A stretch of 64,000 bases of DNA from an uncultured Poribacteria bacterium (GCA_958296135.2 CATQHZ020000002.1:32001-96000), one strand, 5' to 3'; shown: positions 29,426 to 38,493, counted from the stretch's first letter. Notes: generated from the sequence alone by a model not told the origin. Translations and numbers: made by a program.

Positions 29426-30058
29426 CTAATAGATATCTGTGATACCTTTAAGATCGAATACAATTGCCATCAGGACTCGTCCCGCCTTTGTGACAGAGAC
29501 TGCTCTTAGTTCTGTGTCATCCTGAACGCGGAGTCCATCAAAGAGCTGTTCCATGATAAACTGATCCATAAGGCTCCAGAACTGATATCCGACCACGTCT
29601 GGCATATGATCAATCTCGTCTGGACTCATTTGACCATCATCAAGGATGGCTTCCGCAGCCAATCCCCTCAGATTGTGTTGATCATCCTCATCATGACTCC
29701 AAACCAACTGGTTCAAGATATCTTGAGGGGTGACCACAATATTTTGATCAAATTCAACCGAGGATAGCAGAGCCTCTTCAAACTCAGACTCCCAAACTCC
29801 ATCGGGGTTGTCATCGATCATGCGTTTCATAGCAGCGACCGATATGTTAACGATCCGAGCTGCGTCCAAGACCTCATGATTGAAGCTGTTAACACGCCAC
29901 CGATCGGTTTTGGCAACATCTTCAACAAGATAATCTAAATATGTCCTTTCAACGGGATTGACATTGTGAACAACAACGGTTTTGATCGATCCATCATTGT
30001 TCTCGATTTTGATTTCAACACCCTGTCGCTCTTTGATCGACACATTTTTGATCGACAT
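29426..30058 (-). CDS. Island family A, winged-helix-like protein
   Basis: Start MSIKNVS; C-terminal VSVTKAGRVLMAIVF. Confidence 0.6.
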   Translation of the reverse strand: MSIKNVSIKERQGVEIKIENNDGSIKTVVVHNVNPVERTYLDYLVEDVAKTDRWRVNSFNHEVLDAARIVNISVAAMKRMIDDNPDGVWESEFEEALLSSVEFDQNIVVTPQDILNQLVWSHDEDDQHNLRGLAAEAILDDGQMSPDEIDHMPDVVGYQFWSLMDQFIMEQLFDGLRVQDDTELRAVSVTKAGRVLMAIVFDLKGITDIY

Positions 30059-30118
30059 TTTATATCTCCTCTTAATTGTCACAATCAATCAATTATTTGG
30101 GAGCCAACCCATCGTCGG

Positions 30119-30169
30119 CTCCATATATATAATATAGCCGACTCTTTGTTGTTATCAGATCAGACAACC
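30119..30169 (-). promoter_or_regulatory. Class I promoter, copy 10
   Basis: Consensus match. Confidence 0.8.
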
Positions 30170-30250
30170 GATAAATTTTCGCTTTGGACAACCAACCGAC
30201 CGTGAAGGGCTGACATCCGCGTCGGCCCTCCAATTTAGATCAAGATCTTG

Positions 30251-30661
30251 TTAATCCAATTTGTTTATGATATATTCAAGATCATCTTTTGTTATATTGT
30301 CTTTTCCAGATTTCTCCACGCCATCCAATCTGTTTTCAATATAATAGATCAACTCAGAACGAACATCCATCAGAGTCTCATAAAGCTTATCTTTAGCCTC
30401 GTTAAGCTTCTCCATAACAACGGCTTCCTCAAGCTCATACCACTCGATTGCGTCTGCCAACGTCGGCAGTTCCCAGACATCTGTTCTAGTGATATCGCAT
30501 ACAATCTCAGCCGCTTGTTTTGGACCATAATCAGCGTCCTGAGCCAACGGCGATTCAGGCTCCGCAAGAACCTCAATTGCTTGATGTTCCGCAACGATTT
30601 CATTATACTCTTGTTCAATCAACGCAACGTTGTATACTTCCTTATGAACTTGGCTTATCAT
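30251..30661 (-). CDS. Acidic helical hypothetical protein
   Basis: Start MISQVH coupled to the upstream stop (TAATG), GGAGGAG RBS. Confidence 0.6.
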   Translation of the reverse strand: MISQVHKEVYNVALIEQEYNEIVAEHQAIEVLAEPESPLAQDADYGPKQAAEIVCDITRTDVWELPTLADAIEWYELEEAVVMEKLNEAKDKLYETLMDVRSELIYYIENRLDGVEKSGKDNITKDDLEYIINKLD

Positions 30662-31056
30662 TATACTCCTCCCAAAAAGATGGTTGCCAACCAATCGACA
30701 ACTTTGATTGTGACATATGCTATTGTCGCCAAACCAATTACGGCTAGGCAGCCAGAACAACCATCATTATCATCATCGTCGTCGTCATCATTATTGTCAA
30801 CTTTTACTTTCAATTTGACGGTTGTATTTGTTCTAAGCACTTTGAGTGTGGTGACAAACGCCGCCTCGATAGCTTCAACATCATCAGGATCATGATCATC
30901 ATAGACTTCCTCAAAGATGTCCATAAAATCAGATCCAATATTTTCATAAACATCAGTTTGATCATCCGCGATCACGAACCTGAGTTCATAAGCTAATTCC
31001 TTTGGATCTACTCTATCGTCACCATTTAGATATGCGAACAAATTATACTTGATCAT
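30661..31056 (-). CDS. Acidic protein with poly-Asp tract and C-terminal membrane anchor
   Basis: NNDDDDDDDNDGCSGCLAVIGLATIAYVTI...; start MIKYNL. Confidence 0.6.
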   Translation of the reverse strand: MIKYNLFAYLNGDDRVDPKELAYELRFVIADDQTDVYENIGSDFMDIFEEVYDDHDPDDVEAIEAAFVTTLKVLRTNTTVKLKVKVDNNDDDDDDDNDGCSGCLAVIGLATIAYVTIKVVDWLATIFLGGV

Positions 31057-31118
31057 TTTATGGTCTCCAATAACATTAAATTTACAATCATTTTTTATAG
31101 GAACCAACCCAGCGTTGG

Positions 31119-31168
31119 CTCCTATATATAATATAGCCGACTCTTTGCTGTTATCAGATCAGACAACC
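31119..31168 (-). promoter_or_regulatory. Class I promoter, copy 11
   Basis: Consensus match. Confidence 0.8.
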
Positions 31169-31189
31169 GATAAATTTTTCGCTTGGCGA

Positions 31190-31540
31190 TCAATCCGACC
31201 GATTTGTTTTGACATCTGGGTTAAGTTCGATCATATGATTTACCCAGTTTACAAGTTCATCAATATCGGTTTTGGGTTCATATAAACTTTCGCTGATCTC
31301 CATATATGTCCATATGAATTTCTCCATAAGGTTACCCTGCGGATTTGGTCTTATGTTCTTTAATGTCCACAAATATAACCGGTATGGCATCCATTTAATC
31401 ATATGGCGAAACCGGTTACCAAACCGTGGTTCTTCAGACCCTTTCAACAAATTGCGGGAATCATTAAAAACTTTCCACTCTTCGATATCGATCAACGCTG
31501 CTCCATAATCTTCTTCAAGACTGTCTTTTAATTCAATCAT
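31190..31540 (-). CDS. Hypothetical protein
   Basis: 116 aa, AAGGAG RBS. Confidence 0.6.
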   Translation of the reverse strand: MIELKDSLEEDYGAALIDIEEWKVFNDSRNLLKGSEEPRFGNRFRHMIKWMPYRLYLWTLKNIRPNPQGNLMEKFIWTYMEISESLYEPKTDIDELVNWVNHMIELNPDVKTNRSD

Positions 31541-31551
31541 GATAGCTCCTT

Positions 31552-32595
31552 TTAACTGAAGATGATATCTTCATTTAAGTCCATATCATATGCTGCGAAC
31601 CGCATCTTGAGACAAGCTCGTTCAAAGATGTTAGTTATAGCGGCATTTGTATATGGTTTTTTGGTTAATTCTTGATCAGCAAGTTCTGCAGCAACCTCAG
31701 ATCCACTCAGATTACCGAGAAATCCTCTATTGTAATTCAGGACGACAAATCTCTCCATATCATCTAGATTGACGAGGAGGCTATCAAACAGATCTTTATA
31801 TTCAACTTCTGCGATATAGTCTCGCGCTCCGGTGAGCAAATTCGATCCATCGTCAGGAATTGTGTCCATAACCTCCGCATAATCAAATTCATCATCATTG
31901 ATAACTTGATTTAACGAAGATGTGTGCCTAATTTCAAGCATTGCTATTTCGGGAGCCTCTAACATTGTTGTTATGCCAATATCATACTCTTCAGATCTAA
32001 TATAGAATGCTAGTTCATCATAAGTCGCTTGTCGTTCTAATTGCCGTTCAAGCTCTTCCCTGATCCGTGGCAACTTAGCTTGTAGCATTTGCTTATGATA
32101 AGCTAATCGAACTACAGGACCACCATTTGTGACTAACTGCTGGATCTCGGTAAACATATGCATTTGAGCCCAGTAAGGAAAGTCTTTATCCTCATTGATT
32201 GTCCATTTTTCAAGAGCTGTATAGATCCCCAAAATTCCTTCATGGATTAGATCCACGCTATCAATTGGAAACCGTTCTGTTGCCCAACGGAATCGATTAG
32301 CAGTCTTGGCTGCCAACCTATATAGGAACAGGACAAGTAACTCTCGACTTTCCTCAGATCCCATCTGAGCGTCCATAGCCAGATCATTTATTGCTTTCGG
32401 ATCGATTACCGGATGTAACCACGGTTTGGAGTCCGCTCCACTATAACCCAAAAGCGTCCATAACAACTCATAAGGATTGTCATAATCTAACCTATTGAAA
32501 TCGGCGAAGTCCCGAATCTCCATATGATGTTTAGTCACATAATCAGGATCTAATTTTAACCAATTTCGCATGCCATCATAACCACCTTGAATCAT
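31552..32595 (-). CDS. Sigma-70 family RNA polymerase sigma factor
   Basis: Region 2 DLIHEGILGIYTALEKW..F.YWA, region 3 LERQATYDELA..SSLNQ, region 4 HTH. Confidence 0.85.
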   Translation of the reverse strand: MIQGGYDGMRNWLKLDPDYVTKHHMEIRDFADFNRLDYDNPYELLWTLLGYSGADSKPWLHPVIDPKAINDLAMDAQMGSEESRELLVLFLYRLAAKTANRFRWATERFPIDSVDLIHEGILGIYTALEKWTINEDKDFPYWAQMHMFTEIQQLVTNGGPVVRLAYHKQMLQAKLPRIREELERQLERQATYDELAFYIRSEEYDIGITTMLEAPEIAMLEIRHTSSLNQVINDDEFDYAEVMDTIPDDGSNLLTGARDYIAEVEYKDLFDSLLVNLDDMERFVVLNYNRGFLGNLSGSEVAAELADQELTKKPYTNAAITNIFERACLKMRFAAYDMDLNEDIIFS

Positions 32596-32660
32596 TTTTT
32601 TATGCTCCCATTGAACGGAGACCTTTCGGTTCCATATTTAATTAAAATTTAAGTTCATTG

Positions 32661-32711
32661 TCCTTTATATATAATATAGGCGATTTGGAGCGGTTATCAG
32701 ATCAGACAACC
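32661..32711 (-). promoter_or_regulatory. Class I promoter, copy 12 (upstream of a sigma factor)
   Basis: Consensus match. Confidence 0.8.
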
Positions 32712-32756
32712 GATAAATTTTCGCCCAAGACAACCGCTCTGGCTGATGGTTTGGAT

Positions 32757-33386
32757 CTACTCCGGCTTAGATACAAGGATCGCAACCGGTTCTGGTTTAC
32801 TTCGATATCCATTACGTTCCCGCAATGCTGTATTGACGCTGACAGAACTAACATTATAGATCTTAGAAATCTTATTACCACTCATTCCTTGTTCTTCATG
32901 CATCCGATACCATTCTTCTTTCATCTCATCGGTTATTTTTTTCTTGCGACCGGTTTTCTTTGGTATACGTGCCAGGGCTTGTTTGCGAAGTTCATCAATC
33001 CCCTCGACCTCAGTATATTTTTCCTGAGCCAAGATCGATTGCAACAATTGGGTTGTAAGCCGTAACTCAAATTCTTGATAGACTTTGTAAAGCAATTGGA
33101 TAGGAGACTGTCCAGCCTCAATAAACTGCTTATGAATAAACACAATGATATCGTCAGAAAGTCTGGTTCTGCCTCTTGGTTTTGGTTTCAGTAAGAACTC
33201 CACACCTTCTACTTGCTGTGGATAAACATAGGACTTCTTACTTTTATGTAATTCAAGCAACTCTTTTGTTTTGCTAATCGACTTCGAACTCGCCGGATCT
33301 AGTTCAATTGTTTGATCATGAACTAGACCAGTATCGGTGACGTTAAAAACCTTAAATGCTAACATCATAACCTCCTTACAGATCAT
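32757..33386 (-). CDS. Family D HTH protein
   Basis: LLKPKPRGR, SILAQE, GIDELRKQA and C-terminal HTH shared with 26745 and 28432. Confidence 0.75.
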   Translation of the reverse strand: MICKEVMMLAFKVFNVTDTGLVHDQTIELDPASSKSISKTKELLELHKSKKSYVYPQQVEGVEFLLKPKPRGRTRLSDDIIVFIHKQFIEAGQSPIQLLYKVYQEFELRLTTQLLQSILAQEKYTEVEGIDELRKQALARIPKKTGRKKKITDEMKEEWYRMHEEQGMSGNKISKIYNVSSVSVNTALRERNGYRSKPEPVAILVSKPE

Positions 33387-33388
33387 GA

Positions 33389-33985
33389 TTATCGATTATG
33401 TTTTGTTCGAACTCCATTTGCTTCAATAAACCCAAGTTGACTCCTTAACATTTTATTAATTGCTGTATCAGAATAATTAAATTCATCCATTCTGGATATT
33501 TCCCGACCACTTAACCCGTTACCACCATCATGCAATGCCAGGATCTTTACTTTATCCTCTTCAGATATTGGGTTTCTTTTCTTGCGGACTACTTTTCGGT
33601 TATCAACTCCCTCGATTAACTCATCAGGCACAGCTACATCAGCATATGTTTTGCGAGCTAATACGTTTGCAACGGACTCAGCCGATACTACAATTTGATT
33701 TTCTTTATGCAACCGAGATCCAATGATGAAAGGACTTAATCCTTCATTAGATCTAAGTTCAAAGATCTTTATTACAAGATCATCAGATAACTTAGCGGCT
33801 CCACGTCGTTTTGGCTTAATGAGTGGCCAGATATGATCTTCATACATTGGCCACACATAATACTTCTTATCCTTTTCCAGATCGCGAACTTTCTTTAAGG
33901 ACTCTGTATCGCTTTCCTCAAACTCAAGTTCCTGATCCAATACAACTTCTTGTCCATCAAACCGGTAAACGTGATACTTAAGCAT
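33389..33985 (-). CDS. Family D HTH protein (diverged)
   Basis: LIKPKRRG, NVLAR and GLSGREISR HTH. Confidence 0.7.
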   Translation of the reverse strand: MLKYHVYRFDGQEVVLDQELEFEESDTESLKKVRDLEKDKKYYVWPMYEDHIWPLIKPKRRGAAKLSDDLVIKIFELRSNEGLSPFIIGSRLHKENQIVVSAESVANVLARKTYADVAVPDELIEGVDNRKVVRKKRNPISEEDKVKILALHDGGNGLSGREISRMDEFNYSDTAINKMLRSQLGFIEANGVRTKHNR

Positions 33986-34415
33986 TTTTGATCCTCTCTG
34001 TAATTTCTATATGGTTTCGCAACCGATCCAAATCGTAAGATGCATGATCCAATTCGTTATATGCCTTTATTCCTACAATCTGCGATATGGCTGTCCGAAT
34101 AACGCCTTCGATTTCGCGTTGCATTATCGGTAAATTAAGAGACGGAGACATCGTTGCTCCATAAAAGCGCATGACTAATTTAATGTCCGGAACGCAATTC
34201 CGTAAGATCTTCCTGACTGGTTCATCTTTCAATATTGTGAAATCGACTCCAGCCGTTACCGGAGATTGAATATTTGTCATAATAAGAATGAAAGGATCCC
34301 ATTCTTCGCCGGTCTCCTTAACTTCTTTATGATGAAATTCATATCCCGCTATAATGTTCTTGGCTGCCGATTCAATGCTTTGATTTAAGGTCTCGATCAA
34401 CTTTTGGTTCAACAT
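33978..34415 (-). CDS. Hypothetical protein
   Basis: 145 aa, GGAGG RBS. Confidence 0.65.
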   Translation of the reverse strand: MLNQKLIETLNQSIESAAKNIIAGYEFHHKEVKETGEEWDPFILIMTNIQSPVTAGVDFTILKDEPVRKILRNCVPDIKLVMRFYGATMSPSLNLPIMQREIEGVIRTAISQIVGIKAYNELDHASYDLDRLRNHIEITERIKNA

Positions 34416-34451
34416 TTTAAATCCTCCATTATGCTTAATTTTAATTCATTT

Positions 34452-34501
34452 CTCCTATATATAATATAGGCGATTTGGCCCTGTTATCAGATCAGACAAC
34501 C
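34452..34501 (-). promoter_or_regulatory. Class I promoter, copy 13
   Basis: Consensus match. Confidence 0.8.
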
Positions 34502-34557
34502 GATAAATTTTCGCCATAGACTGAGACAGGCTGTTCAGTGACAACCAACCGCCCTAC

Positions 34558-35406
34558 TCATATCTTAAATCCCATTTGGTCGAGAATATCTTTCAATTCT
34601 GGATCTTTCTTTGCAGCAATCTTAATTTTTTTAATAGCATTAAGTTTAATGATTGATACAGCTTGAGTGGTAAGATTAAGTTCTTCTCCAATTTCTCTTC
34701 CGCTTAATCCATCTCGAACTCGTTCTAGTACGAACCTTTCTCGATCATCTAATGATTTCATAACATAATTCAATAGATCTTTTAATTCGATCTCGTTAAT
34801 CTGAGATTTTTGACGTGGATCTTCTATTGTTTCCTGAAGTTCAACCATTGAATCTTCAAATACTGGTTTATTTAAACTTTGAGCTGATCCAGCAAACTCA
34901 AGCAACCCTACATATTCTCGCAATGTAAGCTTAGATTTGTAAGATTTCTGAAACTCTTTATGATTTTTAATAACCTCAGGGTTCTCCATAAGTTCATCTG
35001 TTGTAGCTTCTCGCCCAAGTTTTTCTTCAATCGAAGACTTAATCCGCAACAATTTTAATAGAGCATATGTTTGTGGTTCCGGCAATCTGATTATATGCCG
35101 ACTTTTATTAAGATATCTTAACATTTGCTGCTGAATTGCTTTTGGAGCATAAGTTCTTAACCTAGCTCTATTGATATCATATTTATCCACAGCTCGAATA
35201 AGCCCTATAAATCCTTCTTGAACCAAATCTTCATACGATCCATAACCGGAATATTCTGTTGCCATTTTAAGAACTAAATATTTATGTCCCATTATTAAAT
35301 CATCTCTTGCTAATTCGTCACCATCTTTCATTTTTTCATAAAGATCTTGTTCTTGTTCTTTGCTTATATAGATTTTAGTTTCCATATAATTCATAACTTG
35401 ATTCAT
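34558..35406 (-). CDS. Sigma-70 family RNA polymerase sigma factor
   Basis: EDLVQEGFIGLIRAVDKYD..LRTYA, IIRLP, LGREATTDEL and LSGREIGEELNLTTQAVS; start MNQVM behind AAGGAG. Confidence 0.9.
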   Translation of the reverse strand: MNQVMNYMETKIYISKEQEQDLYEKMKDGDELARDDLIMGHKYLVLKMATEYSGYGSYEDLVQEGFIGLIRAVDKYDINRARLRTYAPKAIQQQMLRYLNKSRHIIRLPEPQTYALLKLLRIKSSIEEKLGREATTDELMENPEVIKNHKEFQKSYKSKLTLREYVGLLEFAGSAQSLNKPVFEDSMVELQETIEDPRQKSQINEIELKDLLNYVMKSLDDRERFVLERVRDGLSGREIGEELNLTTQAVSIIKLNAIKKIKIAAKKDPELKDILDQMGFKI

Positions 35407-35407
35407 A

Positions 35408-35647
35408 TTAGGTCTCCTTAAGTTTGTATAACCATTTATCTGTATCTCCATCATGAAATAACTCTAGTTTGCCACCAACGGTTAACTTCCATGATGCTCT
35501 TGCCGTAATATCTCCTTCACGCATCATTCTTGCGGTCTCAACTACTCCTCCCTTGTCTCGAATGAAGTCTAGAATTATAGTGTCTATTTCTTCTCTAGAC
35601 TTATCTTTATACAAAGAATCTAGTTTAATTACTCGATCATCGATCAT
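35408..35647 (-). CDS. Small hypothetical protein
   Basis: 79 aa, translationally coupled. Confidence 0.55.
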   Translation of the reverse strand: MIDDRVIKLDSLYKDKSREEIDTIILDFIRDKGGVVETARMMREGDITARASWKLTVGGKLELFHDGDTDKWLYKLKET

Positions 35648-36087
35648 TCTTCATCTCCATATTTTTCTTTAAGATCTTCAAGTTCCACAAGAGCATCGTC
35701 AAGATCGAACGAAACGTGCAATAGAGAACTTTTTAATTCTTCGATCGACTCCCTTGCCAATAGTAATTCTTCATAATATTCATCACGTTCGCCTTCCATA
35801 ATCGATAATTCATCTTCCATACTTTCATAGTTATCTTTAATGTCTTCAAGTTGGCTTTCAAGATCATCAATTTCTTCATACGGATCAACTGAATTACCAG
35901 ATTGGTCAACTTTTTCATACGTTTTATGAAAGATTTCTGGTTTACATGGATACTTTTCGCCATTTACACCAATTATTAGATAGTCTCCAACTTCACCACG
36001 CATGGTTCCTTCTAAGGTTTCTATGTGGATAACTTCTTTTATCTCTTTAGCTTGAACTACTACTGGTTTCTTTCTATATAATTCCAT
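35644..36087 (-). CDS. PGDYG-like phage domain with acidic coiled coil
   Basis: [18 protein letters not shown]....[25 protein letters not shown]. Confidence 0.7.
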   Translation of the reverse strand: MELYRKKPVVVQAKEIKEVIHIETLEGTMRGEVGDYLIIGVNGEKYPCKPEIFHKTYEKVDQSGNSVDPYEEIDDLESQLEDIKDNYESMEDELSIMEGERDEYYEELLLARESIEELKSSLLHVSFDLDDALVELEDLKEKYGDEE

Positions 36088-36455
36088 TACAAATACGCTC
36101 CATATGATTCTTTTTTAGTAATCTGAACTGCTAGATCACCAATTTCAATTTGTCTTTTATTTTTAAATTCATCTTTCGCATTTACTCCAGAATGCCGAAA
36201 TGCCCAATATTGATAAAGTGCTTGTTCCGGTTTTGCCAAAGATGTTTTTTCGTTAACTTCAATAACTTCAATAATGTCTTTTTCAATACGAACTATATCA
36301 AGAGGATCTTTTGAGTCAGGATCAAGTATCTCTTCTGATCCATAAACAGTAAACATCATTCTATTTTTAATTCCATCACTAGATCCTTTATTTAGAATAA
36401 GTGTATGCCCATAAATTCCTGCAATTTTAGCTTCATTCATATATTTAGACCGCAT
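36087..36455 (-). CDS. Small beta-barrel protein (FlgT C-terminal-like)
   Basis: [32 protein letters not shown] pattern. Confidence 0.5.
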   Translation of the reverse strand: MRSKYMNEAKIAGIYGHTLILNKGSSDGIKNRMMFTVYGSEEILDPDSKDPLDIVRIEKDIIEVIEVNEKTSLAKPEQALYQYWAFRHSGVNAKDEFKNKRQIEIGDLAVQITKKESYGAYL

Positions 36456-36837
36456 ATCTGTATGGAACTTTGACGCAATTATCTTCTACTGCATAAAGTT
36501 CAATAACCTTTTCAAAATTTATAAGTTTTTTAATATGATTCTTAGACTTTAACCCATCAAACCGATCATGAATTTGGCTTTCTGTTAAATCCATAAATTT
36601 ATCTACATCAAGCTCTCGTCTCGGGTCACAGTATAACCACAACCATGATAAATGCAACAATTCTAAATCATCTGGGGTTACATGTCGCTCACTTAAATAC
36701 CTATAAATGTCTATACCTCTTCCTTCAAGAGCTCGTTGCTCCACACTGGAACGTGACTCGTTTTTCTTACGAGCCACTTTGTTCTTTTTTGATAAATCGC
36801 TACTAATTGCCATATTACCCTCCAGCTTTGACAGCAC
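36445..36837 (-). CDS. Hypothetical protein
   Basis: ORF in a packed operon. Confidence 0.55.
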   Translation of the reverse strand: MLSKLEGNMAISSDLSKKNKVARKKNESRSSVEQRALEGRGIDIYRYLSERHVTPDDLELLHLSWLWLYCDPRRELDVDKFMDLTESQIHDRFDGLKSKNHIKKLINFEKVIELYAVEDNCVKVPYRYAV

Positions 36838-37036
36838 CCATTACTACTATTTCTAGTGGGTATCCATCAAATGATCGTTGAATGTCCAATCTTTTCGCTA
36901 ACGCCGAATTTTCATTGTCGACGTAAACCTTTAGAACTGGTTTACCGGTTTCATTCCCAACACCAACTCCAACAAATCCATCTTCATCACCATAATAGTG
37001 AACAAATAATTGTTTTGCTTTATTAATTTCCATCAT
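36815..37036 (-). CDS. Small hypothetical protein
   Basis: 73 aa, GGAGG RBS. Confidence 0.6.
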   Translation of the reverse strand: MMEINKAKQLFVHYYGDEDGFVGVGVGNETGKPVLKVYVDNENSALAKRLDIQRSFDGYPLEIVVMGAVKAGG

Positions 37037-37045
37037 GTGCCTCCA

Positions 37046-37795
37046 TTAACTCTGATCACCATAATAATCAAAGTAGTTACGTGCCGTTTCTCGTAATCTT
37101 AGCCTATACAACCTAGAACTATCATTATCGAATTGATCTACAAGCTCTTCCCACAAGAATCGAATAAAGTTCTCGGTTGTAGCATTTTCTCGAATTACTT
37201 CATTAAGAACTCTGTTTCTAAGTGGTTCTAGAACTTTTTCTACAGTTTCATCCATAAACTCTGGACTAATAACCGTTCCATGAAGCGGATCCAGAGTTCC
37301 TCTTACAGAAACCGATAAGATATACTCATGACCGTGAAGTGTATTACACTTACCGTAAAGTTCGACATTTTCTTCAACAATTAAATCATCATTATTAGTT
37401 CTGTGAGCAGCATTAAAAGTATAAGTTCGTGTAGTATCCATAAAGTTGTTATCCCCAGCATCATGCCATACGTTTTTATTTTCATGCAATCTAATTCTTC
37501 TGACTAACCCATAATTCAATCTTATTGATTCCCATAACTTAGCAGCCAATACCGAAAACGAATAGTCAATTGTTTTATGGTCAAAATTTTCTAGTATTTT
37601 ATTAATGTCAGCGTCTAAAAGGCCTAAATCCATTATCATATGTGATCTTGGATCTCTTGTTCCGCAAATTTCTACTAGGAGTTCGCAATTTCGACCATCA
37701 TATAACTGATCGCAATCCCGCTTATCCCAAATTTCATCGTCAATTCTTCGTCTACTTGCTATCTCAAATCTATAAGACCTAGTTCCATAATTCAT
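37046..37795 (-). CDS. queD: 6-carboxytetrahydropterin synthase (QueD/PTPS), tandem two-domain form
   Basis: Second domain FNAAHR..YGKCNTLHGHEY..ATTEN..RLRET; first domain degenerate, lacking C..LHGH. Confidence 0.85.
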   Translation of the reverse strand: MNYGTRSYRFEIASRRRIDDEIWDKRDCDQLYDGRNCELLVEICGTRDPRSHMIMDLGLLDADINKILENFDHKTIDYSFSVLAAKLWESIRLNYGLVRRIRLHENKNVWHDAGDNNFMDTTRTYTFNAAHRTNNDDLIVEENVELYGKCNTLHGHEYILSVSVRGTLDPLHGTVISPEFMDETVEKVLEPLRNRVLNEVIRENATTENFIRFLWEELVDQFDNDSSRLYRLRLRETARNYFDYYGDQS

Positions 37796-37832
37796 AGTTT
37801 ACCTCTTGTTATTTCCAATATATTGTAATAAT

Positions 37833-38366
37833 TCGTCTGATTTGGGAACACTTTTCATACAACGACTTGTTTTTTAAAAAGCCTGCTACCTCCCTCAGCC
37901 ACAAAGGAAAGATAGGTATGATAAAAAACACCTCGCTGCACGAAAACTTTTCAAATTTCTGGAGAAAATTTTCACGAAATCGGGTTAACGCCAACTAAAA
38001 AACCGTTGATTTTGGAGTTAACTCCGAATTTTTTCATGAAAAAAGCACCGGCAACCCCTCGAGCGCAAAGTGGCTGCAAGTTCGAAGCAAGTTGGAGCCT
38101 TGCAATCCACAAGTCCGCTAAGTTTCATAGTATATTTATAGTAGGTATATATATTATATTATATATATTTCTTATGCTTGTGGGCTCCTCTTACCCAAAC
38201 CCCAGCCGCTGGGGGATATAGGAAAAACTTAGAAAACTTAGCGAACTTGTGCGGCTGAGGGCTGCAACTTGCACCACGACTTGCAACAACTTAGCGAACT
38301 TGTGCGGCTGAGGGGTTCGCAAGGATTTTAACCCAAACGCCCAAAACCAACCTTTATTTTGTGACT
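37833..38366. repeat. Origin-like iteron element, copy B (inverted relative to copy A), downstream of the primase-helicase
   Basis: ACTTGTGCGGCTGAGGG at 38245 and 38298, opposed degenerate copies at about 37892 and 38056, AT-rich core at about 38129-38172. Confidence 0.8.
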
Positions 38367-38493
38367 AAACGGATATCCAGATTGCTCCCAAACGCCCATA
38401 AAAATCGCTTAAATGGCGTTATATGGGGTTTTGGGAGACCAATTAGGATAAGGGGAGGGGAGACAGCCAGGAGCCGTCTTAAATCGACGATTT

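Larger units (their letters stand above)
18972..30230 (-). repeat. Family of about 17 hairpins with a near-invariant GCGGAU loop
   Basis: Starts at about 18972, 19566, 20343, 20776, 21162, 21737, 22612, 23282, 23848, 24282, 25025, 25865, 26713, 27544, 28386, 29349 and 30204. Stems vary in sequence but keep pairing, with G-U pairs on the minus strand. Confidence 0.85.

Noticed and set aside
18972-30230. Classical integron with attC sites
   Set aside because: No integrase in the window, no RYYYAAC/GTTRRRY boxes at the hairpin ends, and most units carry their own promoter.
19608-31107. Long N-terminal extensions in the ORF track (for example 19608..20564, 20838..21611, 27598..28356, 28432..29115)
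   Set aside because: They read through promoter and hairpin repeats; downstream starts with good RBSs align better with paralogs.
18972-31168. CRISPR array formed by the recurring repeats
   Set aside because: The repeats are separated by whole genes of 300-900 bp rather than 30-40 bp spacers, and no cas genes are visible.
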